Positions 43,639 to 57,295 of a stretch of DNA of 64,000 nt are shown here, in pieces. A program made the translations under genes and the position numbers. Numbering within the stretch: the first letter of the stretch is position 1; every line of letters starts with the position of its first letter. The stretch is from Podarcis muralis (taxonomy: Eukaryota). Location of the stretch: contig NC_135670.1 of NCBI RefSeq assembly GCF_964188315.1, forward strand, positions 27,466,001 to 27,530,000, given 5' to 3'. The notes beneath the pieces were generated by a model. The model saw only the letters and a list, made by a program, of their open reading frames with translations. It made no database searches and was not told where the DNA came from.

Positions 43639-43675
43639 CACGGCGATGCAGTCCTGGGGAAGTGAGGCAAAAACC
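43639..43675 (+). other. degenerate RSS of V6
   Basis: CACGGCG-21-GCAAAAACC. Confidence 0.75.
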
Positions 43676-46199
43676 TCTTTGCAGAAACCCAGCATTGCTT
43701 GCAATGAGCAGCCGCAGGATAGAAGCTGCACAATCGCTCCTGACCACTTCCCTCCAGCCTGACTTGCCTTAAGAGTCATAACCACAGATCTCTGCTGCAT
43801 TAAAACAGAAATATGATTGCTGAAAATGTTGTGGTTCAAGCTGAGCCTGGGGTCACTAGAGGGAAGGAACCTGTTTCAATGCAATGGTTGAGCGTCTGGA
43901 ACTGTTGCCATTCTCACCCTATTTCTCCAAAAGACAAGAAATTCCAGGACTGTAGTGCTTCCACAAGTTTGGCTCCCTTTGGAAGAAGTTCATGTTGGCT
44001 TTTTGCAGTTTGGTAGCGCTGCAGAGAGCTTGCTGGGGAGACCATGCATTAAAAAGGGACTCAAAAATAACTTAACGAAGGTTTTAATAACAAAAACAAA
44101 AACTCCTTATACACTAAATACATCAACAACAAACCAGACCCAACCACCAACCCATTCCCCAGGGTAATGGGAGAGCTAGGTGCTGCTCCTTATATACTAC
44201 ACTCAAATGCTGACACACCTTAATCAATACAACTCAGCAGCACCTGCTCTGTTTCACAGCTGTAAAACTGGGTCTCGTTATTTTGCTCTGGCCCCTTAAA
44301 GACATACACATCGAGTGGAACAATGATGAACCTTTACATTTAAAGAAACCATTCAACAGTTCATTGGAGGTTTATGGATATTTTGAAAGACTTGTGCTTA
44401 TTTACAAAGACTATGGACTGCTGTCCCAGCTCACCCCGTTCCCCTGTCAGTTTGCATTTCTTGGTACAGAAAGGATTGATCTGATGTGTAGAGCTCTTTC
44501 CTATTCTGATTAATTCAAGAGGGTTCTGGAAGCTTCTCTGTGTGAAACAAGCAGAAGGTTCGTGATGTTTGGGTTATTCCTTCAGAGAAGCGGAATACAG
44601 GTGGCTTGAATTGGTTCTGTTATCTCTTCAGTCAAGGTCACGCTGACTATAATAATAAGGCCAGAAGGAGCCTGGGTTTCACCTTTTTCTTTCTATCTTT
44701 TTCTTCTGGTGTGGTGTTCTGTATGTAGTGTTCTGTATGTCTTATTATAAGTTATTGTAAGTTTAAGTTAAGTCTGCTGCAACTGGATTTCTTATGGACA
44801 GTGCTAATCCTGAATGTATTGGATTTGTGACCATTCTGTTCATTTGCCTTCAGTAGCAGTAAAACTCTGCTGGATGAAATATTAATTGCCTCTGGTCTAT
44901 TTTTGGGGAATTCTGCAATGTGTTTAAGTTTTTACTCTGCTAACCATGTGTTGGAATCTGCTCTGAGAGTAGAATTTATGACATTCCCACCCCTGCCCAC
45001 CCCACTTCCTCCACACATGACCACCCCTCCCTTTACACCTCATTTGACCCATCAGTTATCCTCCCATGGCTCACCAAAACTTTCCCTTTCTCCTCTTCTC
45101 ACAGCTCACCTCATCCACTCCTCCTTTCAAAGGAGAGAGGGAGGTGCTTTGTAGAGCGGTTTGGCAAACCGCTTCCTCAAGAGCCTCCCAGCCTCTGTTA
45201 AGCAGCTCATCTAGGTCACCTGCCACCTGCTCTGCTTGCTTGCTCACTTCTGCCAAACACCAGAGTTGGCTTGGCCACCTATTGGCAGCCATGCAAACTG
45301 CAGCGTGATGACAGCCTTACATTTTTCTGCATATAGGAAGATGCAGTCTGAGCCTAGGTGGAGGTGTACTGCTTAGAAACATTGCAACAGTGGTACCTTG
45401 GTTCTCGAACTTAATCCATTCCGGGAGTCTGTTCGACTCCCGAAACTGTTCAAAAACCCTGGCACGGCGCCGCGTTGGATGTTCGTGTTACGAAAAAGGA
45501 GCAATGCAGCAGCGAGCTCCAGCTGGCTGGAATGCCAGACAGCATGTTTATGCTTGTGGCTGTACCGTGGGAACAAAGGAACAGCCTATTCACTGTGCTG
45601 AGCACCGGATGTTAGCTCAGAGTGTCATCTGACCTGTGCTGGAAGTACAGGAAATACAGGGGAGGGTTTTCTCTCTCTGCTATTGATGTTAAGAGAGTGC
45701 AGACACGTTTCTCTGTACTGCTGAAAAGGACAGAAATAAAAAAGCATGTAAATATATTTCTGTCTGTCTCTTTCCCCTCCCTGGGGATAGCAGGGAGGAG
45801 GGGGAGTGGCGTGTCCTTCTCTCGTTAGAGGAGGATCGCCGATAGAAGATCTTGCCTGATCTTGCCGGGAGTCGCAGACCGGGGAGGTCAACAAAGAATT
45901 AAGCCGGGTACCTGGAGAGTGGCCAATTTCCTCTGATAAGGCTTAATTCTAACAGTTCGGCTTCCAAAAAATGTTCGCAAACTGGAACACTTACTTCCAG
46001 GTTTGCGGTGTTCGAGAGCTGATTTGTTCGGGAGCCAAGCCGTTCAAGAACCAAGGTACCACTGCTTCCACACCAGACCTCCAGAGAGACAGTGGGCATC
46101 TCGGTGGATGCAACATCAATAATAAATAATAATAATAAAATGCATGCTGACAGACAGTCTAATAATAAAATAGTTGCTAATATTCCTCTTCCCCACACT

Positions 46200-46900
46200 T
46201 TCACAAGCTGTAGATTATTTAATAACCATAAGCCTGGGTAAAGAGGAATGTAAAGGAAAAAAAGGGACTTTTTACCACACGTGGTGGGAATGTAGAGAAG
46301 TTAAAAAAATTTGGGAAATGATATACAATGAATTGAAAAAAAATGTTTAAAATGACATTTGTAAAAAAACCAGAAGCATTTTTGTTAGGGATGGTAGGAT
46401 AAGACCTGCCAAGAAAAACAAAGAATCTATTTATGTATGCTACAACAGTGGCAAGAGTCTTGATAGCACAAGGACAGAAGAATGAGGAAATCCCAATGAA
46501 AGAACAGTCGTAAGAAAAATTGATGAACTATGCAGAACTGGCTAAATTGACATACAAACTGCGGGACAAAGACAACTGTGACTTTAAGGAAGAATGTGAA
46601 CTTTTTAGAAATGATCTAAAAAGACAACAAAATGAACTGGACTCCTTGGCAGGTTTTGAATAAACATATACAAATTTATTGGTTGATAACATGATAGATC
46701 GACAATGCAAGGATATGTGTAATTTTATAACATCCAGAGAATAATATGTGCAGAGAAATCAGAGATAGGAGGTGAGGGAAGTCCCAGGTTGGGGGGGGGA
46801 GGGAGGGATGGAAGGGGGGAGAAAGGGGAAAAATAATGTATGTGATTATATGATTTGTTGTGTTGAAAGTGCTTAATAAAAATATTTTTTAAAAAATAAT
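46200..46900 (+). mobile_element. degraded L1-like LINE 3' fragment (similar fragment on - at about 1-470)
   Basis: A-rich degenerate ORF2-like text (YATTVARVLIA...) with A-rich end. Confidence 0.5.
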
Positions 46901-47642
46901 AATGTTGGCACCAGGTGAGCCTTTCTGGGGAGAGCATTCTACAGTCAGGGAGCCACCACAGAAAAGGCCCGTTCTCTTGTTGCCACCCTCCAAATCACTC
47001 CAGGTTGGGGGACATAGAGAAGGGCCTCAGATGACACACGGAGGTTCTGGGTAGGTTCATATAGGGAGAGCCGATCCTTAAACAATTGAGGACCTGAGCT
47101 GTGTATGGCTTCATAGGTCAATACTCACACTTATTACCACCAAGGCAGTGCTTAATATCTCAAAGGACAGTTGTTACCACCAGGCTGGCCCTGCATGAAA
47201 TGTTTCTTTATTGTAGATCCATTCAATGAACCATGCCAGGGTTTTTTGAATGCCCTCCTAGGCTAAGTACAGACTAACCCACCGAGGGATTTCTATTTGA
47301 CTGGAAGGGCAAGCAAGGTGGATAGCAGAAAGAAGAATCCGAGTCTGCCCAGAGGGGCTGTATGCAAGGAAGGACCTCTGCCCCAAAGCACTCCCTCTGC
47401 TAACCCAAGCCTCTGGACCCAGATCCTTATATTTATGAATCCCAGGTACCTGAGCATACCATGACCAGCAGTTTGCAGCTGCATTTTCTGTGCCAGTCCT
47501 CCAGCATCTATAGACAGTAGTTAAAGAGTTAGACATTTGCATGAAGGGGCTGCTCCCTTGACCTCTTTGGATTTAAAAGAGATTGGGCAGAGGCCATCAG
47601 GATATCCTTTGGCTTTAAATTTGCTCAGCAGATTTCCTCATA

Positions 47643-48143
47643 ATGGCCTGGGGCTTGCTCCACTTCACAGTCCTGGCATCCATCATTGGTGAGGGAGATT
47701 CATTGGGAGGATGGGGGAAAATATCTGATATGTCGCAAAGAGAGGCATATCTTGCCCTCCCAAGCCCTGCGATTTGCAAAGTATTTGGTGTTGTCCACTT
47801 TAAATTAATGTACGGATTCTTTGCCCTGCTTCCTTCCAGGTCCCAGTGTCCAGCAGTTACAGACTTTGAAGGACACAGAATTTGTGGCACCAGGTGGGAC
47901 GGTCACCATGTCTTGCAGGTTTGACAGTGGAAACATTGGTGATGGCAACTACCCTTTGTGGGTACAGAAGAAACCTGAGAGTAAACCCTGGACACTGATC
48001 TACACCACCAGCATCCGACCGTCTGACGTTCCAGCCCGTTTCTCTGGGTCTCGATCGGGGAATGTGATGTCCCTGACCATCACGGGGGCCCTTCTGGAAG
48101 CGAAGCTGCTTATTACTGTTGTGTGTGGACTGGGAGTCAGTGG
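47643..48143 (+). pseudogene. IGLV pseudogene V7 (expanded family)
   Basis: Leader 47643-47688; V exon from 47840; 1-nt deletion at about 48100 (GAAGCGAAG vs GAAGACGAAG) shifts the frame before YYC; RSS intact. Confidence 0.9.
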
Positions 48144-48182
48144 CACAGTGCTTCATTGGGATGGGGAAGTGAGACAAAAACC
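48144..48182 (+). other. 23-RSS of pseudogene V7
   Basis: CACAGTG-23-ACAAAAACC (consensus). Confidence 0.95.
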
Positions 48183-48353
48183 TCCTGTCCTTTGCTCTCT
48201 CTGTACATCAACAGAATCTGAACTCCCTGCTGTAGCCTCTGTTTGTTTGCATAGTGAATGGTTTATTGAGCATGCATCCTTGCACCGTTTCTGCAGGGAG
48301 GTTCAGCGAAGCCTGCTATTTATCAAGCACTCATTCTGAATATGCATACACAG

Positions 48354-48436
48354 CCAGCAGCAGACCGTCGTCGTTCCAGCCCATTTCTTTGGGTCTAGAT
48401 CAGGGAATGGGATGTCCTTGACCATCACCCCTGGGC
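48354..48436 (+). pseudogene. V-gene CDR2/FR3 relic (further copies 55939-56021, 59735-59817)
   Basis: Aligns to the family FR3; the third copy reads [29 protein letters not shown] vs [29 protein letters not shown]. Confidence 0.8.
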
Positions 48437-48814
48437 ATCCTGTAGGTGTCACTGTTGCCCTTTCCACTTTGGCTGGATGGAGACACATCAAGGAAGCGTT
48501 TCAGATAAATGCATTGGATACCTAAACAGAGAAAACAGGTGGAGGAAAACGGGGCTCCATATCGCCATTTGGCAGCACAATGTTATATTGCATATGCAAC
48601 GCTTATTCTTTCCACATCTTGCTGAGTCCTAAGTATCAGTTTGCTTCCAAATTTTCTCCGCGGTTCAGTTATTGCTTAAATCGTGCTGTGCAATGTTTTA
48701 TATTGTAAGTGCCGCTTTATTATTTATATCTGTATTATAGATATTTTCATGCACGCTGCCTAGAGAACTTCAGTCATGGGGTGTCATAGAGATATTATTT
48801 ATATGAATAAATTA

Positions 48815-49171
48815 AAGGTAAAGGTACCCCTGCCCATACGGGCCAGTCTTGACAGACTCTAGGGTTGTGCACCCATCTCACTCAAGAGGCCGGGGGCCAG
48901 CGCTGTCCGGAGACACTTCTGGGTCACGTGGCCAGCGTGACATCGCTGCTCTGGCGAGCCAGAGCCACACACGGAAACGCCGCTTACCTTCCCGCTAGTA
49001 AGCGGTCCCTATTTATCTACTTGCACCCGGGGGTGCTTTTGAACTGCTAGGTTGGCAGGCGCTGGGACCGAGCAACGGGAGCGCACCCCGCCGCGGGGAT
49101 TCGAACCGCTGACCTTTCGATCGGCAAGCCCTAGGCGCTGAGGCTTTTACCCACAGCGCCACCCGTGTCCC
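48815..49171 (-). mobile_element. Sauria/Squam1-type SINE, divergent subfamily
   Basis: TSD ATGAATAAATTA at 48803-48814 and 49172-49183. Confidence 0.92.
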
Positions 49172-49529
49172 ATGAATAAATTAGATTTGTCCTAAATCAA
49201 CAACAGAAAATGAGCAACAGAATTTGCTGCTGTGAACCAGAGCCTTTTCACACTGCAGGAGGGGGGAGAATTGGATTGGGGAAGCCCTGTGGGTGCGTCA
49301 TGCAGAAAGTGGAAGGTTGGGAGAAATGGCTAAAAATGGCAGTGGCGTCTGGTAACATTTTGACTTGGATTCCTATTTGACTGGATGGGAGATTCCATTG
49401 TGAGGCATTTTAATTTACGTATGGCTGTATGCAAGGAAGGTCCTTAAAAGAAAAAGGGGAAAAAAGAAGAAGGAAAAAAATCAATCTATGAATCTCTGTT
49501 CTACCTTTTTTAAAAAATCAGACCCAGTG

Positions 49530-50334
49530 AAGGCGGTGAAGGTCCTGTGTGAGTTTCTGGAGGCCGTTGGAGGATGGATGGCAGCTAGCAGATTGAGGTT
49601 GAAACAGAAGTACTGTTTTGGGGGGACAGGGGTGGGCAGGTGTGGAGGACTTCCTGGTCCTGAATGGGGTAACTGTGCTACTGAAGGACCAGGTGCGCAG
49701 CCTGGGAGTCATTTTGGACTCACAGCTGTCCATGGAGGCGCAGGTCAATTCTGTGTCCAGGGCAGCTGTCTACCACCTCCATCAGGTACACAGGCTGAGA
49801 CCCTACCTGCCCGCAGACTGTCTCACCAGAGTGGTGCATGCTCTAGTTATCTCCCACTTGGACTACTGTAATGCGCTCTACGTGGGGCTACCTTTGAAGG
49901 TGACCTGGAAACTACAACTAATCAAGAATGCGGCAGCCAGACTGGTGACTGGGAGTGGCCTCCGAGACCATATTATCCTGGTCCTGAAAGACCATGTTTC
50001 CGAGTGCAGTTCAAAGTGTTGGTGCTGACCTTTAAAGCCCTAAACGGCCTCGGCCCAGTACACCTGAAGGAGTGTCTCCACCCCCATTGTCCAGCTCCGA
50101 GGGCCTCCTGGTGGTTCCCTCATTGTGAGAAGTGAGGTTACAGGGAACCAAGCAGAGGGCCTTTTCAGTAGTGGTGCCCTCCCATCAGATTTCAAGGAAA
50201 TAAACAACTATCTGACTTTTAGAAGACATCTGAAGGCACCCCTGCTTAGAGAAGTTTTATTCTGTTTTTAGTTTTCTGTTGGTAGCTGCACAGAGTGGCT
50301 GGGGAAACCCAGCCAGATGGGCGGGATATGAATA

Positions 50335-50382
<48 letters not shown>
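49530..50382 (+). mobile_element. L2/CR1-clade LINE 3' fragment
   Basis: RT-like ORF (LDYCNALYVGLPLK...LQLIKNAAARLV) and (AAT)n tail; shorter relatives at about 3590-3780, 16580-16830, 46910-47130, 57960-58140. Confidence 0.82.
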
Positions 50383-50620
50383 TGTTTTCTCCGAATCCAG
50401 ATCCTTACTTTTCAGAATCCCAGCACCCGGATACCATGACCAGCAGAAGGCTGCTGTTTTTTCTGAGCTAGTCCTTCAAGATCGAGACACAGTAGTTAAG
50501 GAGCTAGACATTTGCATGAAGGGGCTGCTCCACTGACCTCTGGGGATTTAAGAGAGGCTGGCAGATGCCAATGGGATCTCTCTTTTCTTTAGAAAAGCCC
50601 ACTCTGTAGATTTCCTCATA

Positions 50621-51119
50621 ATGGCCTGGGGCTTGCTCCTCTTCACAATCCTGGTGTCCATCATTGGTGAGGATGATTCATTGGGAGGATGAGGAAAAAA
50701 ATCTGATATGAAGCAGAGAGAAGCATAACCTGCCCTTCCAAGCCCTGCACTTTGCAAAGTATTTGGTGTTATCCACTTTAAATTAACCTACTGATTCTGT
50801 TCCTTGCTTTCTTCCAGGTCCCAGTGTCCAGCAGTTACTGACTTTGAAGGACCCAGAATTTGTGGCTCCAGGTGGGACAGTCACCATGTCTTGCAGGCTC
50901 GACAGTGTAATCGCTGATAGCAACTACCCTTTGTGGGTACAGAAAAAGCCTGATAGTAAACCCCAGACACTTATCCATGACACCAGCGTCAGACCGTCTG
51001 ATGTTCCAGCCCGTTTCTCTGGGTCTCGATCGGGGAATGTGATGTCCCTGACCATCACGGGGGCCCTTCTGGAAGATGAAGCTATTTATTACTGTTGTGC
51101 GTGGGCTGGGAGTCAGTGA
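50621..51119 (+). CDS. IGLV segment V8 (expanded family), open to terminal TGA
   Basis: Leader 50621-50666 (MAWGLLLFTILVSIIG); V exon 50818-51119; CDR1 one codon shorter than siblings; ends YYCCAWAGSQ*. Confidence 0.9.
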
Positions 51120-51158
51120 CACGGTGCTTCATTCAGATGAGGAAGTGGGACAAAAACC
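51120..51158 (+). other. 23-RSS of V8
   Basis: CACGGTG-23-ACAAAAACC. Confidence 0.92.
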
Positions 51159-53180
51159 TCCTCTCCTTTGCTCTCTGTGCATGTGAACAAAATCTGAACC
51201 TCTGTTTGTTTTATCTTCCTGTAGTGAATGAGTTCCCAAAGAAAGGCTGGGGCTTTTTTCAGGCAACCTGTTCTTCCACAATTTCTTCAGGAAGGTTCAG
51301 CAATATCTACTGTTTATCGATCATTCATTCTATTATGTTTGCAGGAAGGTTGTATTATATTGTGCTGCAAAAACATGTTATAACACATTTCCCAGTGCAT
51401 TTTCTCATAAACTTCCTCATTGCATGAAATTCCGATGTTTGGAGGAAGTTGGTTGGTTGGGCATGAACTCCAAGCCACCTTTTATTTTGCAACCTGAATT
51501 TGCCAGTACAGTCAAACCTTGGTTCCGAAACAGCTTAGTTGCTGATCAAATCGGCTCCCAAACACCGCAAACCCGGAAGCAAGTGTTCCAGTTTGCGAAC
51601 ATTTTTCAGAAGCTGAACATACGACGTGACTTCTGCTTGAGTGCAGGAATCCCCTGCAACCAATCGGAAGCCATGCCTTGGTTTTTGAGCAGTTTTGGGA
51701 GTCGAAAGGGCTCCTGGAACGGATTAAGCTTGAGAACCAAGGTGCCACTATATTGAATCCTGTTCTAGCCCTCGCTGCCAGTTGGAGAAATCAAACTCCC
51801 AGTTGGTTGATGCCCAATACCATAGGTGCCAACTCCCTGGGTCCTGGGTGCCTAATCACCCACAAAATTCCGCAGGGGCCAAGCACCCACAAATTTGGGT
51901 GCCAGGGCATGGCACCTATGGCTCAGTGCACCAATGGTCGTGGGGCCAAGCTGACACTCCTGCCCAAGACTTTAATTCTTAAATTAGAGTTGTTTCCAAG
52001 CAAGGCAAAGTTACAATGAACACAGGTGTGCAAGGGAATCAGATGCAAAGTTTGGTTCTGACCACTGTGAGAACAGGAAGTTAGACTAGATGGGCCATTG
52101 GTGTGAGACCGAGCAGGATCTTCTTACCTTCTTCAGTCTGAGACATTGATCCGACAAGCGACATGTTCCCTGCACCTTCCTTTTCAAGATTAGGTCAGGT
52201 ACTACTCTTAGAGCAGCAAGCAGCCAGAGTCCCAGGACCAGGGAAGCCCAACCCAAGGGGGTTGGGGTTCTGAGGTCTGTTGGTGGCAACCTTGGTGTCA
52301 CACCATCTCAGGAGGTGACGTTGATGGCAGCTCAGAATCTGATTTGCTCTCAGTAGCCTGCTTCTCTAAAGGAGACTCATCAGCAACAAGGAGAGACGCT
52401 GTTTGTGCGTGTGTTACTCCACAGCAAAAGGGGTCTACGGTGTTACTGGAAGAGAACACCCCTCAGCTCTCCTGCTTGTTCCCTGACCTGAATCCATGTC
52501 TCCATCTTCCATACTGCAAACCCGTTCTCTGCTCTCGAAGCCGAGGTGCCAAGGTTGAAGGACACTTGCCCTGGTAGATTTTCTCCCTAATGTTGGGCTA
52601 CATAAATGCAGTCTAAATAAGTTCAAAATATGTTTTCCCCCATGGCTTCCTATTTTCTGGTGCTACCCTAGGAACAAAAACAGGTTTGGGGGCTAAACTC
52701 TGACAGCAATGAATGCATTCAGGGACTGATCCTGATCCTCTGGTCCCAGTTTTGCTTTGTTTTTAGCTAACTCAGGAGACATTTCAGAGATCGTGTGACC
52801 TGAGTTCTTTTGTCTCAGATTCATTCTGCAAATGCCTTGGGCAAAGCAGAAACTAGACCACGCCAATGATTTATATGAGAAGGGGTCCCAGAAAGAAAAA
52901 TACAAGTTTGCCTGTTGCTGTACGCAAGGAAAGAGCTCTAAAATGAAAACTTAGTCCCTGAATTCAGATTCCCAGGTCTCTGAGCATACCACAACCAGCA
53001 AGGCTGCAGTTGCTTTTTCTAAGCTAGTCCTCCAGCATCTAGAGACCATAGTTAAGGAGTTACACATTTGCATGAAAGGGGCTCCTCCCTTGACCTCAAG
53101 GGAATTTAACTGATGCTTTGCAGATGCCAATGAGATCTTCTTTTGCTTCAGAGAAAACTAGCCCAGCAGATTTCACCATT

Positions 53181-53673
53181 ATGCTTCTCTTCTCAATCCT
53201 GCTGTCCATCATTGGTAAGGGGAATTCACTTTTCGGATGGGATACATTTTCTTCGAAGCAAAGAACATGCGTCCTCTGTGCTCTAAAACCCTACAGCTTG
53301 CAGAACATTTGGTGATGATACATAGTAAATTAAACTGCCAAACAGTGAAATGCCTTGTTCCCTTCCAGGTCCCAGTGTCCAGCAGCTACAGAACTTGAAG
53401 GATCCAGAATTTGTGGCTCCGGGTGGGACTGTCACCATGTCTTGCCGATTGGAGAGCGGGAGCATCAGTGACAGCAACCAGCCTATGTGGGTGCAGAAAA
53501 AAGCCGAGAGTAAACATCGACTGATGATGTACACCACCAGGAACAGACCACCTGATGTTCCAGCCCGTTTCTCTGGGTCTAGCTCAGGGAATGTGATGTC
53601 CCTGACCATCACGGGGGCCCTTCTGGAAGACGAAGCTGCTTATTACTGTGCTGTGTGGACTGCGAGTCACTGG
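53181..53673 (+). CDS. IGLV segment V9 (expanded family), open frame, short leader
   Basis: Leader 53181-53214 (MLLFSILLSIIG); V exon 53369-53673 ending YYCAVWTASHW. Confidence 0.87.
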
Positions 53674-53712
53674 CACTATGCTTCATTCAGATGGGGAAGT
53701 GAGACAAAAACC
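53674..53712 (+). other. 23-RSS of V9
   Basis: CACTATG-23-ACAAAAACC. Confidence 0.88.
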
Positions 53713-54206
53713 TCTTCTCCTTTGCTCCCTGTGTACATCAGCAGAATCTGAACCGCCTTTCAAAGTTTCAGCAATGTCTGCAGCAGCACCGTGTTTTAAA
53801 ATCCTGAATGCGAATCCCCAAATGTATGCATACAATGTAAAAAAATAGAAAAGGATCTCAACCTGCAGTAGATAGGAAAGCATTGGAAGAATATATGGCT
53901 TGCAACCTACCAATGCTAGTACTTATTATCACCACAGGGCATGATGTTATGCAGGGCATAATGTCTCAAAGGAGAGGGGCAGGGCCTGAACCTTCAGAGG
54001 GAAGCTTTGCCCTGCTAGACCTCTCCCCTAATCTTTGATGAGTATTGGGCCGCACAAGGTTGCTTCGGAAAATGCACTTAAACCCAGTTCTATTTTTCTC
54101 AAATAATGTTTAGGAGTACTCTCATTTTGACTCAAGAAAATCACCATTTTATAGTTGAAATTGGGAAAAATAAATACAGTAAATGGACAAGAGTACAAAG
54201 ATTCAT

Positions 54207-54547
54207 GGGACGCTGTGGGTTAAACCACAGAGCCTAGGACTTGCTGATCAGAAGGTCGGCGGTTCGAATCCCCACGACTGGGTGAGCTTCCGTTGCTCGG
54301 TCCCTGCTCCTGCCAACCTAGGAGTTCGAAAGCATGTCAAAGTGCAAGTAGATAAATAGGTACCACTCCGGCATTAAGGTAAACAGCATTTCCGTGTGCT
54401 GCTCTGGTTCGCCAGAAGCGGCTTAGTCATGCTGGCCACATGACCCGGAAGATGTACGCCGGCTCCCTTGGCCAGTAAAGCGAGATGAGCGCCACAACCC
54501 CAGAGTCGGCCACAACTGGACCTAATGGTCAGGGGTCCCTTTACCTT
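54207..54547 (+). mobile_element. Sauria/Squam1-type SINE
   Basis: TSD TACAAAGATTCAT. Confidence 0.92.
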
Positions 54548-55239
54548 TACAAAGATTCATAAAATGTTTAGGGGTATGCATACCCCTGCATCCCCTCAGG
54601 AAAAAATCACTGCTTAAACATATTGAGAAGAACAGCTTTCTGTACCAGGGATTCATATATTCCAACCAGTGTTATCACTGGGACAACAACAACAAAAACA
54701 ACAACAGAACAGATTTGGGTGTTGAACCCTAACATCTTCACTGAATTCAAGGGTTGCTCCCCGTCCTGACCCCTTGGTCCAGGGAATTATTTTTAGCAAA
54801 TGCAGCCATGCTGTTCCAGGCATGGTGTGAGCTGAAATGTTTCCTGCAGATCCATTCCTTCAATCAGGCCAGGATTTATTTTTAGTGCCTTGAGCTAAAC
54901 ACAGACTAGTCCACCCCTGGATTAATCATGAAGGAAAGGACGCTGCCTGCCACTGTGTGTAAGGGGGGACCTATAAAATAAAGTAATGCAAAAAAACAAA
55001 AAACCCTAGCACATTCTAAGCTTAAATTCTGAATCCAGTTTGTCAGTCCCAAGTCCTGAACATAGCATGACCAGGAGTTGGCAGCTGCTTTATCTGTTAG
55101 TCCTCTACAGTAGTTAAGGAGCTAGACATTTGCATGAAGGGGCTGCTCCCCTGACCTCTGGGGATTTAAGAGAGATGGGGCAGATGCCAATGGGATCTCC
55201 TTTTGCTTTAGAAAATCTAGCCCAGCAGTTTTCACCATC

Positions 55240-55727
55240 ATGGCCTTGTTTCTCGTCACATTCCTGATCGCCATCATTGGTGAGGGAAATTCATTGGGTG
55301 AATGGGGACAAATCTGCGTGGAAATAAAAGCAGTGATCTTCTGTTCTCTAAAACCTTGCACGTTGCAAAATGTTTGATGTAGATTAATGTGCTGAGCAGT
55401 TCCCTGCCTTGCTTCCTTCCAGGTCCCAGTGTCCAGCAGCTACAGACTTTGAAGGACCCAGAATTTGTGGCACGAGGAGGGACGGTCACCATGTCTTGCA
55501 GGTTTGACAGTGGAAACATCGGTGACAGCAACTACCCTTGGTGGGCACAGAAAAAACCTGGGAGTAGACCCCGACAGATAATGTATGCCACCAGCACCCG
55601 ACCGTCTGACATTCCAGCCCGTTTCTCTGGGTCTCGATCGGGGAACGTGATGTCCCTGACCATCACGGGGGCCCTTCTGGAAGATGAAGCTGCTTATTAC
55701 TGTTGTGTGTGGACTGGGAGCCAGTGA
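55240..55727 (+). CDS. IGLV segment V10 (expanded family), open to terminal TGA
   Basis: Leader 55240-55279 (MALFLVTFLIAIIG); V exon 55423-55727 ending [10 protein letters not shown]. Confidence 0.92.
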
Positions 55728-55766
55728 CACAGTGCTTCAGTGGGATGGGGAAGTGAGACAAAAACC
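55728..55766 (+). other. 23-RSS of V10
   Basis: CACAGTG-23-ACAAAAACC (consensus). Confidence 0.95.
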
Positions 55767-56428
55767 TCCTCTCCTTTGCTCTCTTGGTGCATCAACAGAA
55801 TCTGAACTCCTTTATTGTAGCCTCTGTTTGTTTGCATAGTGAATGGTGTATTGAGCGTCCATCCTTGCACAGTTTCTGCAGGGAGGTTCAGAGAAGCCTG
55901 CCATTTATCAAGCACTCATTCTGAGTCTGTGTGCACTGCCAGCACCACACCATCTGCTGTTCCAGCCCATTTCTCTGGGTCTAGTCAGGGAATGGAAGGT
56001 CCTAAACAATCACCCCTGGGCATCCAGTAGGTGTCACTGTTGCACTTTCAACTTTGGCTGGATGGAGACACATCAAGGAAGTGTTTCAGATAAATGTGTT
56101 GTAAATTTAAACAGAGAAAACAGTAGTGGAAAACGGGGCTCCACATTGCCATCTGGCTGCAAAATGTTATATTGCATATACAAAGCATATAAACCGCTTT
56201 TGCTATACTAATCTAGCTGAGTCCTAAGTATTGGCTTGCTTCAAAATTCTCTCTGTGGTTCAGTTTTTGCTTAAATCGTGCTGTGCAATGTTTTATATTG
56301 TAAGTGTCTCTTTATAGTTTAGATTTGTATTCTAGATATTCTTATTCCCACTGCCTAGGGAGCTTCAGTCATGGGGTGTCATAGAGATATTGTTTATATG
56401 AAAAAATTAGAGTTGTCCTAAACCAACA

Positions 56429-56763
56429 AAGAGGAACGCGGGTGGCGCTGTGGGTTAAACCACAGAAGGGCTGCGGTTTGAATCCCCGCGATGGGGTGAG
56501 CTCCTGTTGCTCGGTCCCTGCTCCTGCCAACCTAGCAGTCCGAAAGCATATCAAAGTGCAAGTAGATAAATAGGTACCGCTCTGGCGGGAAGGTAAACGG
56601 CGTTTCCGTGTGCTGCTCTGGTTCACCAGAAGCGGCTTAGTCATGCTGGCCACATGACCTGGAAGCTGTACGCCGGCTCCCTCGGCCAATAAAGCGAGAT
56701 GAGCGCCGCAACTCCAGAGTCGACCATGACTAAACCTAATGGCCAGGGGTCCCTTTACCTTTA
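56429..56763 (+). mobile_element. Sauria/Squam1-type SINE
   Basis: TSD CCTAAACCAACA. Confidence 0.9.
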
Positions 56764-57295
56764 CCTAAACCAACAACAGAAAAAGACAAATAGAATTTGC
56801 TGCTGTGAACCAGAGCCTTTCCCCTCACACTGCAGAAAGGGGGAGAATTGAACTGGGGAAGCCCCATGGGTGTGTCATGCAGAAAGTGGAAGCTTGGGGA
56901 AATGGCTAAAAATGGCAGTAGCAACATTTTGACTTGGATTCGTATTTGACTGGATGGTGGATTCCATTGTGAGGGATTCTAATCTACGTATGGCTGTATG
57001 CAAGGAAGGTCCTCTAAAAGAAAAGGAAACAAAGAAGGAAAACATGAATCTGTGAAACCTTTCTCTGAATCCAGATCTTTTCTTCTCAGATTCCCAGCTC
57101 CCTGATACCACGACCAACAGATGGCTGCTGCTTGTTCTGTGCTAGTCCTTCAAGATCGAGACACAGTAGTTAAGGAGCTAGACATTTGCATGAAGGGGCT
57201 GCTCCCCTGAACTCTGGGGATTTAAGAGAGATGGGGCAGATGCCAATGGAATCTCTCTTTTCTTTCAAAAAACCCAGTCTGTAGATTTCCTCATA

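Noticed and set aside
45071-45292. Helical-looking 73-aa minus-strand ORF with a GTGAGC donor near 45106
   Set aside because: In-frame stop just upstream, no partner exons and no family recognised; a tblastn/RNA-seq check would be needed to revive it.
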